DNA of 42,872 nt from Bdellovibrionota bacterium (lineage in GTDB: Bacteria > Bdellovibrionota > UBA1018 > UBA923): contig JBFMCE010000022.1 in NCBI GenBank assembly GCA_040754655.1, positions 1 through 42,872 of the forward strand, given 5' to 3'. This document shows positions 18,964 to 28,250 of this stretch, one piece after another (within the stretch, counting starts at the first letter, position 1; every line of letters starts with the position of its first letter). Both the position numbers and the translations under genes were made by a program. Under the pieces are notes generated by a model. The model saw only the letters and a program-made list of their open reading frames with translations. It did not search any database and was not told where the DNA came from.

Positions 18964-20268
18964 CTAACCCAATCTCTCTAGAACTTCCTCAAGCCGACAC
19001 AAACCTTCTTCTAGCTCTTCATCTGTGATCGATAGCGCTGGCTGAAAACGCACGGATGCCGCATATGTCATCGCAAGGATGCCGCGCTCAACGCCAAGCG
19101 TGTAAAGCCGTTCAGTTTTTTCTTTGGAAAGAGGCGTTTTCTTCTCTCGGTCCGACACCAGCTCCATCGCCAAAAACAACCCTTTGCCGCGTACTTCGCC
19201 GACGAAAGGAAATTTCTCGTGCCACCATGCGAGCCTTGCCAGAAATTTTTCACCTTGGCGTCGCGAATTTTCAACCAAGTTCTCTTCGACGATCGTGTTC
19301 ACCGACGCGTAAGCAGCGGCCGAAGCCAGAGGATTGCCACCATAACTTGATGAGCTCCCGCTGGGTGCCGCAAACGGCTGTGCAGAAGATATCTCTTCAC
19401 GTGCGGCCAAGGCCGAGAGCGGAAATCCAGAAGCGATGCCCTTACCGAGCGTGATGATGTCCGCTTCGACCCCAACCTCAGGCGAAGCGAACATCGTGCC
19501 TGTTCTTCCAAAACCCGTGATCATTTCATCTGCGATCAAGAGAGCGCCAAATTCTTTCGCGATGCTTGCAATCGCAGGCAGCCACTCCTTCGGGGGAATC
19601 ACGTTACCCGCAGTGCCTTGCATCGGCTCTACGATGATCGCGGCAAGTGCGCCGGCGCTCTGGTGTTTGATCGTGTCACGCGCAAACTCAGCGCAAAGCA
19701 TTCCGCAAGAAGGGTATTTGAGGTTAAAGGGGCAGCGGTAGCAATTCGCGTAGGGTGCCGAGAGATTGCCTGGCGGAAAAGGGCCTAAGCCCTGCTTGGC
19801 GGGAGTGCCCATGAGCGCCATGGTTCCCATGGTCTTGCCGTGGAAGCCTCCCCAGAAACTTAAGAATTCCCATTTTTTTGTATGAGACTTGGCAAGCCTC
19901 ATCGCAGCTTCAACGGCTTCAGTGCCGCCCGAATAAAGTTGTACGCGCTCTAAATGTTTCGGCAAAACCGTCGCCAAAAGCTCAAAAAGTTTCACCCGCG
20001 CTTCGCTGGTGAAACTTCCCACCGTCAATCTTTCGGCTTGATCCTGGATGGCCTTCACGTATTTCGGATGGCAGTGTCCAAGGGCATTCACGCCTATGCC
20101 TCCGATGAAATCAATATACTCGCGGCCTTCTACATCCCAAAGCCGCGAGCCTTTTCCTTTATCCATCGTCACACCTGCTAAAATCGCAAAGTGCTGAAGG
20201 CCTGGGGTGAGATGTTTATTCTCGCGATTCCGAAGATCTTTGGAAGATGTGTTTGATGACGAATGCAT
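18964..20268 (-). CDS. Class III PLP-dependent aminotransferase (GabT/ArgD-like)
   Basis: GSRLWDVEGREYID, LGHCHP, SGGTEAVEAA, GFHGKT, IIVEPMQG, ADEMITGFGRTG, catalytic Lys in ITLGKGIASG, YGGNP. Confidence 0.94.
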   Translation of the reverse strand: MHSSSNTSSKDLRNRENKHLTPGLQHFAILAGVTMDKGKGSRLWDVEGREYIDFIGGIGVNALGHCHPKYVKAIQDQAERLTVGSFTSEARVKLFELLATVLPKHLERVQLYSGGTEAVEAAMRLAKSHTKKWEFLSFWGGFHGKTMGTMALMGTPAKQGLGPFPPGNLSAPYANCYRCPFNLKYPSCGMLCAEFARDTIKHQSAGALAAIIVEPMQGTAGNVIPPKEWLPAIASIAKEFGALLIADEMITGFGRTGTMFASPEVGVEADIITLGKGIASGFPLSALAAREEISSAQPFAAPSGSSSSYGGNPLASAAAYASVNTIVEENLVENSRRQGEKFLARLAWWHEKFPFVGEVRGKGLFLAMELVSDREKKTPLSKEKTERLYTLGVERGILAMTYAASVRFQPALSITDEELEEGLCRLEEVLERLG

Positions 20269-20309
20269 TTGAATTCTATATTCCTTTGAGGGCTGATTAA
20301 ACCGCCCTC

Positions 20310-20771
20310 CTACGTTCTAGGCCGTGGCGGAAAAACAAAATAGCGGTGCAAGGGGTAATTCCAGCCCCAGCCTACGGCTAACGACACAACCGCTTTGCTC
20401 ATCAGATAACTCAATTGGGCGAATTCCGTAAAGAGAAAGACGAACAGCGTGTTTAAGACCAAAGAGCCTGCGGCGACTATCGTGTACCTGAACCCTTGGG
20501 CATAAATACGTCCATGGCGATGTTCAAAGGCCCAGTATTTGTTGAGTAGAAAGTTCGCGATGGCACCCAAAAGAGCGGCTATGGCTGTCGCAATGACATA
20601 ATAAACGCCTAAAAATTCCACCAGGCAGTACAAACTCAAGAAATCTACAACGGTCGCTGCAAACGCTGTAAAAGCCGCTCGTGAGAATGAGCGCTTGTGG
20701 CTCTCGATAAACCGTTTCAAGATTCCAACAAAGGATGGCCTAATTTCCGTTGGGTCTGGAAGCGCCGCCAT
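20310..20771 (-). CDS. GtrA-family membrane protein (putative lipid-linked sugar flippase)
   Basis: Four TM; ATVVDF, NFLLNKYWAF, FRYTIV, WNYPLHRYFVF pattern; overlaps the upstream gene. Confidence 0.88.
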   Translation of the reverse strand: MAALPDPTEIRPSFVGILKRFIESHKRSFSRAAFTAFAATVVDFLSLYCLVEFLGVYYVIATAIAALLGAIANFLLNKYWAFEHRHGRIYAQGFRYTIVAAGSLVLNTLFVFLFTEFAQLSYLMSKAVVSLAVGWGWNYPLHRYFVFPPRPRT

Positions 20772-21516
20772 CTCTTTCCCTTAAGGTTGAATACAAAACC
20801 TGGAAGCGGCGAATTGCGGTCGCATTTGCAAACACGGCAACCAAGGCGACTGCCACGAGAAGGGGATAATGAAGTGGGAGTTGCCTGCCGGCCTCAAACC
20901 AACTCGTCAGCAGGGGGCTTAAGAAAGCACCCCCACCGAGGTAGGCCGCACGCTCTGGCCGTCTCATCCAACCTTTGGGAATCTCAATCTGCAGAGCTTC
21001 TGCTTTGGCTTGAGAATAACTTACCATCAATGAACCCAGGAGGGCCAAGAGCACCATCGCCATGGCGATCGGTTCGAAGCGGTAATAAATTACAAGGCCA
21101 CCTAGTAAGAAAAACTCGGTGTAGCGGTCTACTGCAGCGTCAAGCACTTCGCCGGCATCTGAAGCGATGCCTCGAGAGCGAGCCACCATTCCATCCAGGG
21201 TGTCAAAAAGTGCCGAGACAATGCTTAAACCCCCGGCAAGCGAGATGGCGCCAAAAGCTGCGGCAACTCCGCTAAAGAATCCCAGAGTAAGACAAGTCCA
21301 AGAAAAAACATTGGGAGAGAGTTTGAAATAAGTCGCGAGTCTTCCGATGGGACTTAAGATCCAATAAGCAAACTCCATCGGAAACTGGCCAAGAAACGGG
21401 CTAGAGCCTTGTTTTTGAATGCGTGCGCTGATTTGGCGCCCGTGAAAGAGCTCTCTTCCTGCAAACGCTGCCATCGCAACTGCTGCCATGGCCAATAACC
21501 AAAGCTGGACGTACAT
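20740..21516 (-). CDS. CDP-alcohol phosphatidyltransferase, probable phosphatidylinositol-phosphate synthase
   Basis: Signature DTLDGMVAR...GEVLDAAVD; SPN; MVSYSQAKAE; GWMRRPER; AGGAGG RBS; directly downstream of ino1. Confidence 0.9.
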   Translation of the reverse strand: MYVQLWLLAMAAVAMAAFAGRELFHGRQISARIQKQGSSPFLGQFPMEFAYWILSPIGRLATYFKLSPNVFSWTCLTLGFFSGVAAAFGAISLAGGLSIVSALFDTLDGMVARSRGIASDAGEVLDAAVDRYTEFFLLGGLVIYYRFEPIAMAMVLLALLGSLMVSYSQAKAEALQIEIPKGWMRRPERAAYLGGGAFLSPLLTSWFEAGRQLPLHYPLLVAVALVAVFANATAIRRFQVLYSTLRERDGGASRPNGN

Positions 21517-21553
21517 CCCTGGACTATCCTCCTAAAGTTCAAATCTTGCCTGA

Positions 21554-22912
21554 TCACGCATTAGGGCGCGGTTCTGTTCTTTCTTCATCTACACCGTAGT
21601 AGGTGAGGCCGAGATGGTTGATCAGTTCTTCGCCACCCAAGAATCTTAGGGTGTTTTGCAGTTTCAACTGTTGCACGAACAAGTCGTGTTCCGGCTGAAG
21701 GCCTGGAGCTGCCATCGGGCTCTTGAAGTAAAAGCTCATCCATTCTTGAATGCCTGAGAAGCCCGAGCGTTGCGCAAGATCAAGAAACATCGCGATGTCT
21801 AGTGCCACCGGGGCGGCTAAGATGCTGTCGCGACACAAGAAGTTGATCTTGATTTGCATAGGATAACCCAGCCAACCGAAGATATCGATGTTGTCCCAGC
21901 CTTCTTTGTTATCGCCCCGCGGAGGATAATAGTTGATGCGTACGACGTGAGAATAGTCGCCATAAAGGTCTTTGTGTTGTTCTGGCTGCAAGATCTGGTC
22001 AAGCACGCTGAGTTTCGTGATCTCTTTGGACTTGAAAGAGCCCGGGTCATCAAGAACCTCGCCATCACGATTGCCAAGGATATTGGTGGAATACCAACCG
22101 TTCAAACCCAATAGTCTTGCCTTAAGGCCTGGAGCCAAGATGGTTTTCATCAAGGTCTGGCCCGTTTTGAAATCGCTTCCAGCAATCGGAACGTTCTTGA
22201 TTTTCGAAAGTTCCTGGAGCGCGGGCAACTCTACGGATTGGTTGGGCGAGCCATTGGCATAAGGCACGCCTTCCATGAGAGCTGCGTAAGTGTAGATCAT
22301 GCTTGGGGCAATGCCCGGATCATTTTTCCTCAGGCCTTCTTCGAACTTCGCAAGTGTTGAGTGCACTTCGCCAAGCTTGATATAGCTTTCGGTAGATGCG
22401 CACCAGACCATCACAACGCGAGAAAGGTTGTTGTCGCGGACGAACTTGCGAATGTCTTCGCGAAGTTGATCCGCAAGCTCCATCTTGTTTTTGCCTTTTT
22501 TGACGTTCGGGCCACTGATGCGTTTGATGAACTCAGGATCAAAGACCGCGGCCATCGGCTTTATCTTCTCAAGCTGCGGCCTGAGTTGTTCGAGCAGCGC
22601 GCTTTCAAGAACGTTAGCGTTCTTCGCGGATTCATAGGCGTTGTCGGTGAAGATGTCCCAGCCGCCAAACACGACTTGATCAAGATTCGAAAAAGGAAGG
22701 AAGTTTTTAATGTCGACAGTGCGGTTCTGGTTTCGTTTGCCCAGACGGATTTTTCCCATCTCGACAAGAGAGCCGACGGGTTTCGCAAGCCCGAGCTTTA
22801 CCGCTTCCACCCCTGCAATCATCGTGGTGGCTACCGCTCCAAGCCCCGGAGTGAGGATTCCGAGTTTACCTTCTGCGCTCTTTACTTTTGTGCCTGTCTT
22901 ATTTTGTTGCAT
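21554..22912 (-). CDS. ino1: Myo-inositol-1(3)-phosphate synthase
   Basis: GLGAVATT, FGGWD, WCASTE, NGSPN, DFKTGQT, STNILGNRDG, INYYPPRGDNKEGWD, CRDSILAAP, SFYFKSP. TTG at 22918 is an alternative start. Confidence 0.97.
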   Translation of the reverse strand: MQQNKTGTKVKSAEGKLGILTPGLGAVATTMIAGVEAVKLGLAKPVGSLVEMGKIRLGKRNQNRTVDIKNFLPFSNLDQVVFGGWDIFTDNAYESAKNANVLESALLEQLRPQLEKIKPMAAVFDPEFIKRISGPNVKKGKNKMELADQLREDIRKFVRDNNLSRVVMVWCASTESYIKLGEVHSTLAKFEEGLRKNDPGIAPSMIYTYAALMEGVPYANGSPNQSVELPALQELSKIKNVPIAGSDFKTGQTLMKTILAPGLKARLLGLNGWYSTNILGNRDGEVLDDPGSFKSKEITKLSVLDQILQPEQHKDLYGDYSHVVRINYYPPRGDNKEGWDNIDIFGWLGYPMQIKINFLCRDSILAAPVALDIAMFLDLAQRSGFSGIQEWMSFYFKSPMAAPGLQPEHDLFVQQLKLQNTLRFLGGEELINHLGLTYYGVDEERTEPRPNA

Positions 22913-23028
22913 GTGCAAACAGCATCCTTTCTGAGGTGAACCCTATTCCAATATCGAAGTTACTCAGATTTGTCTTGTCTAATTTGTCGGGTTTTAGACC
23001 AACTCCTTACTGCTTCTGGGTTTTTAAA

Positions 23029-24399
23029 CTATTGAGAATTTGTTGTGGCTGCCGGGGAGCTTAATCCAGGTGTCACTTCCGTACCGACGGCGCGTGTGAG
23101 CTCAGCCCAGGTCATATTTACTTTATAAATAGCTTCCCAATGGTCTTTAACTGTCTTTGCCCGAGCAAGATAGGCATCTATTAGGTTCTTAATTTCACTT
23201 ACTCCAATGGAATAACCCATGGTCTCACTGACAAGCCATTTCTTACCGATGGTGAAAGCATCGCGGCTGGCCTCAAGCCTGCTTTGCGCTTCGGCCATGT
23301 CGGCCAGCACTTTTTTGAGCTCGAGTCGAAAGCCAGTTTTTGCATACAGCTCTTTTCTTTCAAGCTCGTCGATTTCCGCTTGAAGCAGGGCTTCATTCGC
23401 CAAGGTGGTTGCAAAGTCCCAAGTCCACTGCACGCCGGCACCCACGCCTCCGGTGCTGCGATTGTAGGGATCAAAGGCATAAGCGGACTGTTGGCGTTCA
23501 CGCATGTTTGAATACCCGAAGGTGAGCATGCCTCCGACAAAGAAAATTGGGAATTTATTCGTTTTTTCAGCTTCAAGAAGCGCTCGCTTGGCTGCTATGC
23601 CGTTTGTGACTTGTGCAAGCTCAGGCCTGTTTTGAACCATCAATGCAATCAGTTGCTCTTCACTAGGGGGCGCATCTGGAATGGCCGTTAAGGTTGTGTC
23701 CTGTGGAATGGTTTGTTCGTTGGGGTCAAATCCTAACTGCAGCGAAAGGGCATGTCTTGCGAGGGTGCGGAGTTTTTTTGCTTCTTCAAATCGGAATTTC
23801 GCCTCAGCGGCAAAGATCTTTAGCCTGTAGTAGTCGCGTTTGGCGATAGAGGGCCTCTTTTTTTTCTGATCTTCGTCAGCTTTTCCTAAAATTTCTTCGA
23901 CATCTTTTTTGCCGTCGTCAAGGAATCGGTAGAGTTGTTCCGTGAGGATAGCTCCATAGAAAAGTCCTTTTACGTCGTAGGCAAGCTGGTCCAAGTCTTT
24001 TCGAAACTGAGCTTTGGCCACGTCAGATCCACGTGCGGCGGCTTCTCTTAGGCTTGAAAGTTTTCCCCACGCGAAAACGGGTTGAAGAATGGTGACCGAA
24101 CTTTGAAGCCAGATTCCCCAGCTGTCGAGGTCGCGTTCAGACCTTAGTGCATCTCCCGTTTCTCTATAGATCGGGCTTAAGATCGCCGTGCCGATCACCT
24201 TGGGGAAACCCGCCGCGCGCGCCTGTTTTTCCCGGGCCGCGGCTTGATCGATTAAAGTCTGGGATACAGCCTGATTGAGGTTGTTCTTGGCTGCGAGATC
24301 AAGGGCTTCTTTAAGTGTTACCATGCGTGGAGCAGAAGCGCTTGCTTGCGAACACCAGAGGGCTAAGGATGCGGCAAGAATGGATGAGAGCGTGTGCAC
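23029..24399 (-). CDS. TolC-family outer membrane channel
   Basis: Signal peptide; TLKEALDLAAKNN, QPVFAWG, NRPEL, helical repeats and AELTRAVG ending typical of outer membrane efflux proteins. Confidence 0.87.
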   Translation of the reverse strand: MHTLSSILAASLALWCSQASASAPRMVTLKEALDLAAKNNLNQAVSQTLIDQAAAREKQARAAGFPKVIGTAILSPIYRETGDALRSERDLDSWGIWLQSSVTILQPVFAWGKLSSLREAAARGSDVAKAQFRKDLDQLAYDVKGLFYGAILTEQLYRFLDDGKKDVEEILGKADEDQKKKRPSIAKRDYYRLKIFAAEAKFRFEEAKKLRTLARHALSLQLGFDPNEQTIPQDTTLTAIPDAPPSEEQLIALMVQNRPELAQVTNGIAAKRALLEAEKTNKFPIFFVGGMLTFGYSNMRERQQSAYAFDPYNRSTGGVGAGVQWTWDFATTLANEALLQAEIDELERKELYAKTGFRLELKKVLADMAEAQSRLEASRDAFTIGKKWLVSETMGYSIGVSEIKNLIDAYLARAKTVKDHWEAIYKVNMTWAELTRAVGTEVTPGLSSPAATTNSQ

Positions 24400-24418
24400 C
24401 GTTGGTCTCTAAAAGAAA

Positions 24419-25033
24419 TCAGGATTTCTTTTTCTTGGGCTCTTCGAGTTGAGCTAAGCGCTTTTTCATTCGAGCAATCAGCCCGCTTACACCTTGTTTT
24501 TGAACCACTTCACGAAACTGATCGTGTACATTTTCGACCCAGCGTTCACCTTCAACGGCAAGGTCAACCACGCGGTATGTATCGCCGCTTCGGGCAAGCC
24601 AATATTCGACTGTCGACCTTCGGTCGCCTTTGGTAACCACAGAAGTGATGTGCACCTTTTGGCCTGCCTGGCGCTCAGAAGTGTAAGCGATTGAGACGTC
24701 TTCAAAAAACTTCGGAGCTTCAGGGTATACTGTCTTCGTAATAATGCCCTTGAGCAGACGCCTGATCTCTTGTCGTTGAGCGGGAGTCGCCTTGTGAGTC
24801 AAATCGCCAAGGGCTTCTTCAGCAAGAACGTGAAAATCAACCAACGACTCAATTGTCTTTACGTGTTGTGCACGAACAGCGGGATTATTGAGTTCTTTTG
24901 CCTGGGCGATGATGGTCTCTACTGCTCCGCGCGGGGTAGTTGCCACAGGATGAGTTGCTGCGTGTGCTTGAATACCTACGGCGGTGAAGCTCAGGAGCAA
25001 CAACGAAAACAGAAAACTTGCTTTTCGGTTCAT
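24419..25033 (-). CDS. MlaC/Ttg2D/HpnM-family periplasmic lipid-binding protein
   Basis: Signal peptide; VDFHVLAEEALG, TPAQRQE, VEYWL, YRVVDLAVEG, DQF, GVSGLIARM pattern. Confidence 0.88.
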   Translation of the reverse strand: MNRKASFLFSLLLLSFTAVGIQAHAATHPVATTPRGAVETIIAQAKELNNPAVRAQHVKTIESLVDFHVLAEEALGDLTHKATPAQRQEIRRLLKGIITKTVYPEAPKFFEDVSIAYTSERQAGQKVHITSVVTKGDRRSTVEYWLARSGDTYRVVDLAVEGERWVENVHDQFREVVQKQGVSGLIARMKKRLAQLEEPKKKKS

Positions 25034-25131
25034 AGGTTTAAGGTCATACCGCTTTGTCGCAATGAATAAAAGAGGGAAACTCTCATTATCAGACCCAAGC
25101 GCTCTTCTATTCCAGGCGAATGCGAGAAGGC

Positions 25132-26391
25132 CTATTCAGCCGCTTTTAGTGTTGCTACGAAGCCCAGTCCGCCGGCTGCGCAGATGCTGATCATGCCACG
25201 CTTTATCTTCTCTTCTTGAATTTGAGTCGCAAGGTTCATCACCAAGCGCGCTCCTGTAGCGCCAAAGGGATGACCTAGCGGAATCGATCCGCCTTTGGGG
25301 TTGATGCGTTCGTGTGAAGGAGCCTTAAAGGACTGTCCTCCCAAGCGTTTCTTGCACCATTCGGGGTTGGCGAGTGCGCGCAAATTGCACAAGACTTGCG
25401 CAGCGAATGCCTCATGCATTTCAATGACGTCAAAATCTTCAAACGTGCGTTTTTGACGGCTGAGCAGGCGATGGATCGCGTAAGGAGGAGCCATGAGCAG
25501 GCCTTCGTAGCGGATATCGACCGCGGCCATTTCAAAATCATCAAGGATCGCAAGAACGGGCCACCCTTGGCTGCGTGCAAAGTCTTCATCGGCAAGCAAA
25601 ACAGCGGCCCCGCCATCGGTGAGCGGGCTCGCGTTGGCTGCCGTGATTGTGCCGTCTTTTGTGAATGCAGGCTTTAACTTTGAAATCTTCTCGTAACTCG
25701 TGTCACCGCGGATCAGATTGTCTTTCGGAGCTCCTTTTATTTTAGCGGGCGCAGTGAAGAATTTCTCGTGCCAGCCTTGAAACTTTGCGGCGCGTGAATG
25801 TGTTTGAACGGCCCATTCATCTTGTTCAGGGCGGGGAATGCTCCATTCCTTGACCATGAGTTCGCAGTGCTCTCCCATGCTGAGACCGGTGAGCCTCTCC
25901 GCGACGGGAGGGATCTGGGGCATCAGGTGTTTGGGGCGCAACCGCATGAAGCTTTTAATCTTGTCTGAAGTGGTTTTCGAAAATTGAAGGTCACCAAGTG
26001 CTTGGCCAAAAGGTTTTGGAAAACTCACCGGAAAATTCGACATGCTCTCAGCCCCGCCCGCAATCGCCCACGAGACAGCGCCGCGTGAGATCCAACCAGC
26101 CGCTTCAGCGACTGAGGAAAGGCTTGTTGCGCAAGCCATGATGGTTGAAAAGGCGCGCGTCTGAGGATGAAGTTTGCTTTCGAGCACTATCTCGCGGGCA
26201 ATGTTGCTGACATCAGGATGTTGAATGACTGCTCCGAAGACCACAAGCCCGCGAGTGTCTGAACCTAAATTGAATTTTTCGGCAAGAGCGTTTACAGGGG
26301 CTTGTCCTAGTTCGATTGCAGAACAGTTTCGAAGCGAAGTGCCCATTTTCGTGAACGGAGTTCTTGTGCCTGCGATGACCGCGACTGCCAT
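25132..26391 (-). CDS. fadI: Acetyl-CoA C-acyltransferase (thiolase), FadI type
   Basis: RTPF, NIAREIVL, ACATS (Cys), GGAES, NASPLTDG, HEAFA, GHPFGATG, ICAAGG; ATG 26391 follows AAGGAG. Confidence 0.85.
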   Translation of the reverse strand: MAVAVIAGTRTPFTKMGTSLRNCSAIELGQAPVNALAEKFNLGSDTRGLVVFGAVIQHPDVSNIAREIVLESKLHPQTRAFSTIMACATSLSSVAEAAGWISRGAVSWAIAGGAESMSNFPVSFPKPFGQALGDLQFSKTTSDKIKSFMRLRPKHLMPQIPPVAERLTGLSMGEHCELMVKEWSIPRPEQDEWAVQTHSRAAKFQGWHEKFFTAPAKIKGAPKDNLIRGDTSYEKISKLKPAFTKDGTITAANASPLTDGGAAVLLADEDFARSQGWPVLAILDDFEMAAVDIRYEGLLMAPPYAIHRLLSRQKRTFEDFDVIEMHEAFAAQVLCNLRALANPEWCKKRLGGQSFKAPSHERINPKGGSIPLGHPFGATGARLVMNLATQIQEEKIKRGMISICAAGGLGFVATLKAAE

Positions 26392-26492
26392 AAAAGTATG
26401 CTCCTTTTGGGGGGTTGGCAGCAATGAGTATATCTGCTAGAGAAGAGCCACGCTTCAAAAATTTTATATTTCGAAAGAAAGAGGTGACCTCA

Positions 26493-27026
26493 ATGGTAAA
26501 ACTATATCAAAAAGCTCCTGAGTTCTCGACTCAAGGTTATTTTGAAGGGAAGATCTCAAATTTTTCATTGAAAGATTGGCAAGGTAAATGGGTAGTTTTG
26601 TTTTTCTATCCTCTCGATTTCACCTTTGTTTGCCCTACGGAACTACAGCAGTTCAGCGAACGCCACGAGGCCTTCAAACGTTTAAACACCCAGATCGCAA
26701 GCTGCAGTGTCGACAGCCCATACTCGCACCAAGCATGGTCAAAGAGTGAATTGAAGGAACAGAAGTATCCGATGCTCTCAGACCTCAATCACGCGATCAG
26801 TACTTCATATGGCTGTTACCTTGAAGACAAAGGAATCGCGCTTCGTGCCACTTATATCATTGACCCTCAAGGCTTATTGCAGTGGGCCGAGTACAATCCT
26901 CTCAATGTTGGACGCAGCGCCGACGAAGTTCTGCGAGTTCTGACTGCTCTTCAAACGGGCGAGCTCTGCGGTGCTGGTTGGAAAGCCGGTGAGACGACGC
27001 TTACGAAGAAGCTGGGCTTGAAGTAA
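26493..27026 (+). CDS. ahpC: Peroxiredoxin AhpC/Prx1
   Basis: FFYPLDFTFVCPTE, SVDS..SH.AW, RATYIIDP, VGRS, resolving Cys in GELC; ATG 26493 follows GAGGT. Confidence 0.95.
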   Translation: MVKLYQKAPEFSTQGYFEGKISNFSLKDWQGKWVVLFFYPLDFTFVCPTELQQFSERHEAFKRLNTQIASCSVDSPYSHQAWSKSELKEQKYPMLSDLNHAISTSYGCYLEDKGIALRATYIIDPQGLLQWAEYNPLNVGRSADEVLRVLTALQTGELCGAGWKAGETTLTKKLGLK

Positions 27027-27087
27027 GAGAAAAGACTTTTAGTCGTCTTTTGTATTGCGAATCGAGCTAGCATTGCTAGCATACAGG

Positions 27088-27128
27088 GGTGGGTAGCATT
27101 TGAACTCAAGTGCTGCCCACCTTTTTTT
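27088..27128 (+). terminator. Rho-independent terminator after ahpC
   Basis: GGTGGGTAGCATTTG-AACT-CAAGTGCTGCCCACC (15-bp stem with two G-U pairs) followed by T7. Confidence 0.85.
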
Positions 27129-27149
27129 GTACCTCGTGAAGGGAGTGAC

Positions 27150-28202
27150 TTGGTGCGGAGTGAATATCGGCTTTTGATTTTGTGGGGGATTGTCGCAGTC
27201 CTACAAGGTTGTGCCTCTTCTGGCTCGGTCCGAAATGAAGAGGTTGCTGCCGCTGGTCACGATGGAGACAGCCAAGTGATTGTCGTTCCTGCGCCAGGCG
27301 AAGAATCTGATGAGGAAGATGACCTGCCGCCAGGACACGAACGCTCGGCGGCAATTGAGAGTGAAAAACAGCTCAAACTGATTCGTGAGAATCCTTCCTC
27401 AGCCATCCAACACTCAAGCCTCACTAAGGGCGTAATACAGAGAAATGGCCTTGGCGTTTTTACAAAAATAAATCTTCAGGTCGAACATGCCGACGTGCGT
27501 TTGGTAGCAGGCCAGCCGGTTCGCAAGGGCAAACTCAATGTCGCTTTGCTGCGAGGGCGTCCTGAGTGCAATGTGCGGGTTTCTGAAACGGACGGGGTGC
27601 TCGATGTGGTTGAGGCGCCCGGAGAAGCAAGAACGGTGCAACAGATTTCAGGGGTGGGAAAATCGGGAAGATCCTCGGTTCCAGACGCCAAATGCCACTT
27701 TGAAATTGAGATGGAACTCTCAGAGAGCGCAGAGCTTTCGGTGGATCTCAAACGAGGCTCTATTTTCTTGGAACAATGGCCGCGCTCAGCGCATTTAAAA
27801 CTAGGTTGGGGCGAGGTCGCCGTTGGAAATGCCGGAGCCCTCGTTGTTGAATGCGGTCGGTGTACGCTAACTGGTGAAGAAATTGATGGGCCTGTTCGTT
27901 TTCAACTCGAGTCTGGGAACGTGGGACTTGCGGGTTTAAGCAGCTCGGTCGAAGGCCAGACTTTGGGCGATGCCGTCTTAAAATGGAAGAAAGTGAGACC
28001 CAAAGCGGAAGTGAAAGTCGTCAGCCGCGCCGGAGATGCGATTTTATTTTTTCCAAGTGGCGTGCCGCTTTCACTCGAATTGCAGGCGCCGCGAGGCGAT
28101 GTTAGCTCAAAAGTAGGGAAAGAGAACCATCAAGGCGTGCCTGTTTCCGTGACCGCTCAAGCAGGCAATGTGCGCGTTTATCGCGTTGGCAAAGCGCCTT
28201 AA
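27150..28202 (+). CDS. Lipoprotein with DUF4097-like beta-strand repeats
   Basis: Lipobox VLQG-C; acidic linker; repeated short strand-turn-Gly units (VDLKRGSI, LKLGWGEV, FQLESGNV, VVSRAGDA, LQAPRGDV, VTAQAGNV). Confidence 0.7.
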   Translation: MVRSEYRLLILWGIVAVLQGCASSGSVRNEEVAAAGHDGDSQVIVVPAPGEESDEEDDLPPGHERSAAIESEKQLKLIRENPSSAIQHSSLTKGVIQRNGLGVFTKINLQVEHADVRLVAGQPVRKGKLNVALLRGRPECNVRVSETDGVLDVVEAPGEARTVQQISGVGKSGRSSVPDAKCHFEIEMELSESAELSVDLKRGSIFLEQWPRSAHLKLGWGEVAVGNAGALVVECGRCTLTGEEIDGPVRFQLESGNVGLAGLSSSVEGQTLGDAVLKWKKVRPKAEVKVVSRAGDAILFFPSGVPLSLELQAPRGDVSSKVGKENHQGVPVSVTAQAGNVRVYRVGKAP

Positions 28203-28250
28203 ACGCCTTTGGCATTGCTCCTGGAATAAAAAGAAATTGCGAGGCATTGA

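Noticed and set aside
20697..22939. Plus-strand ORFs 20697..21275 and 22361..22939 (192 aa each)
   Set aside because: Antisense shadows of well-supported genes, with no motifs
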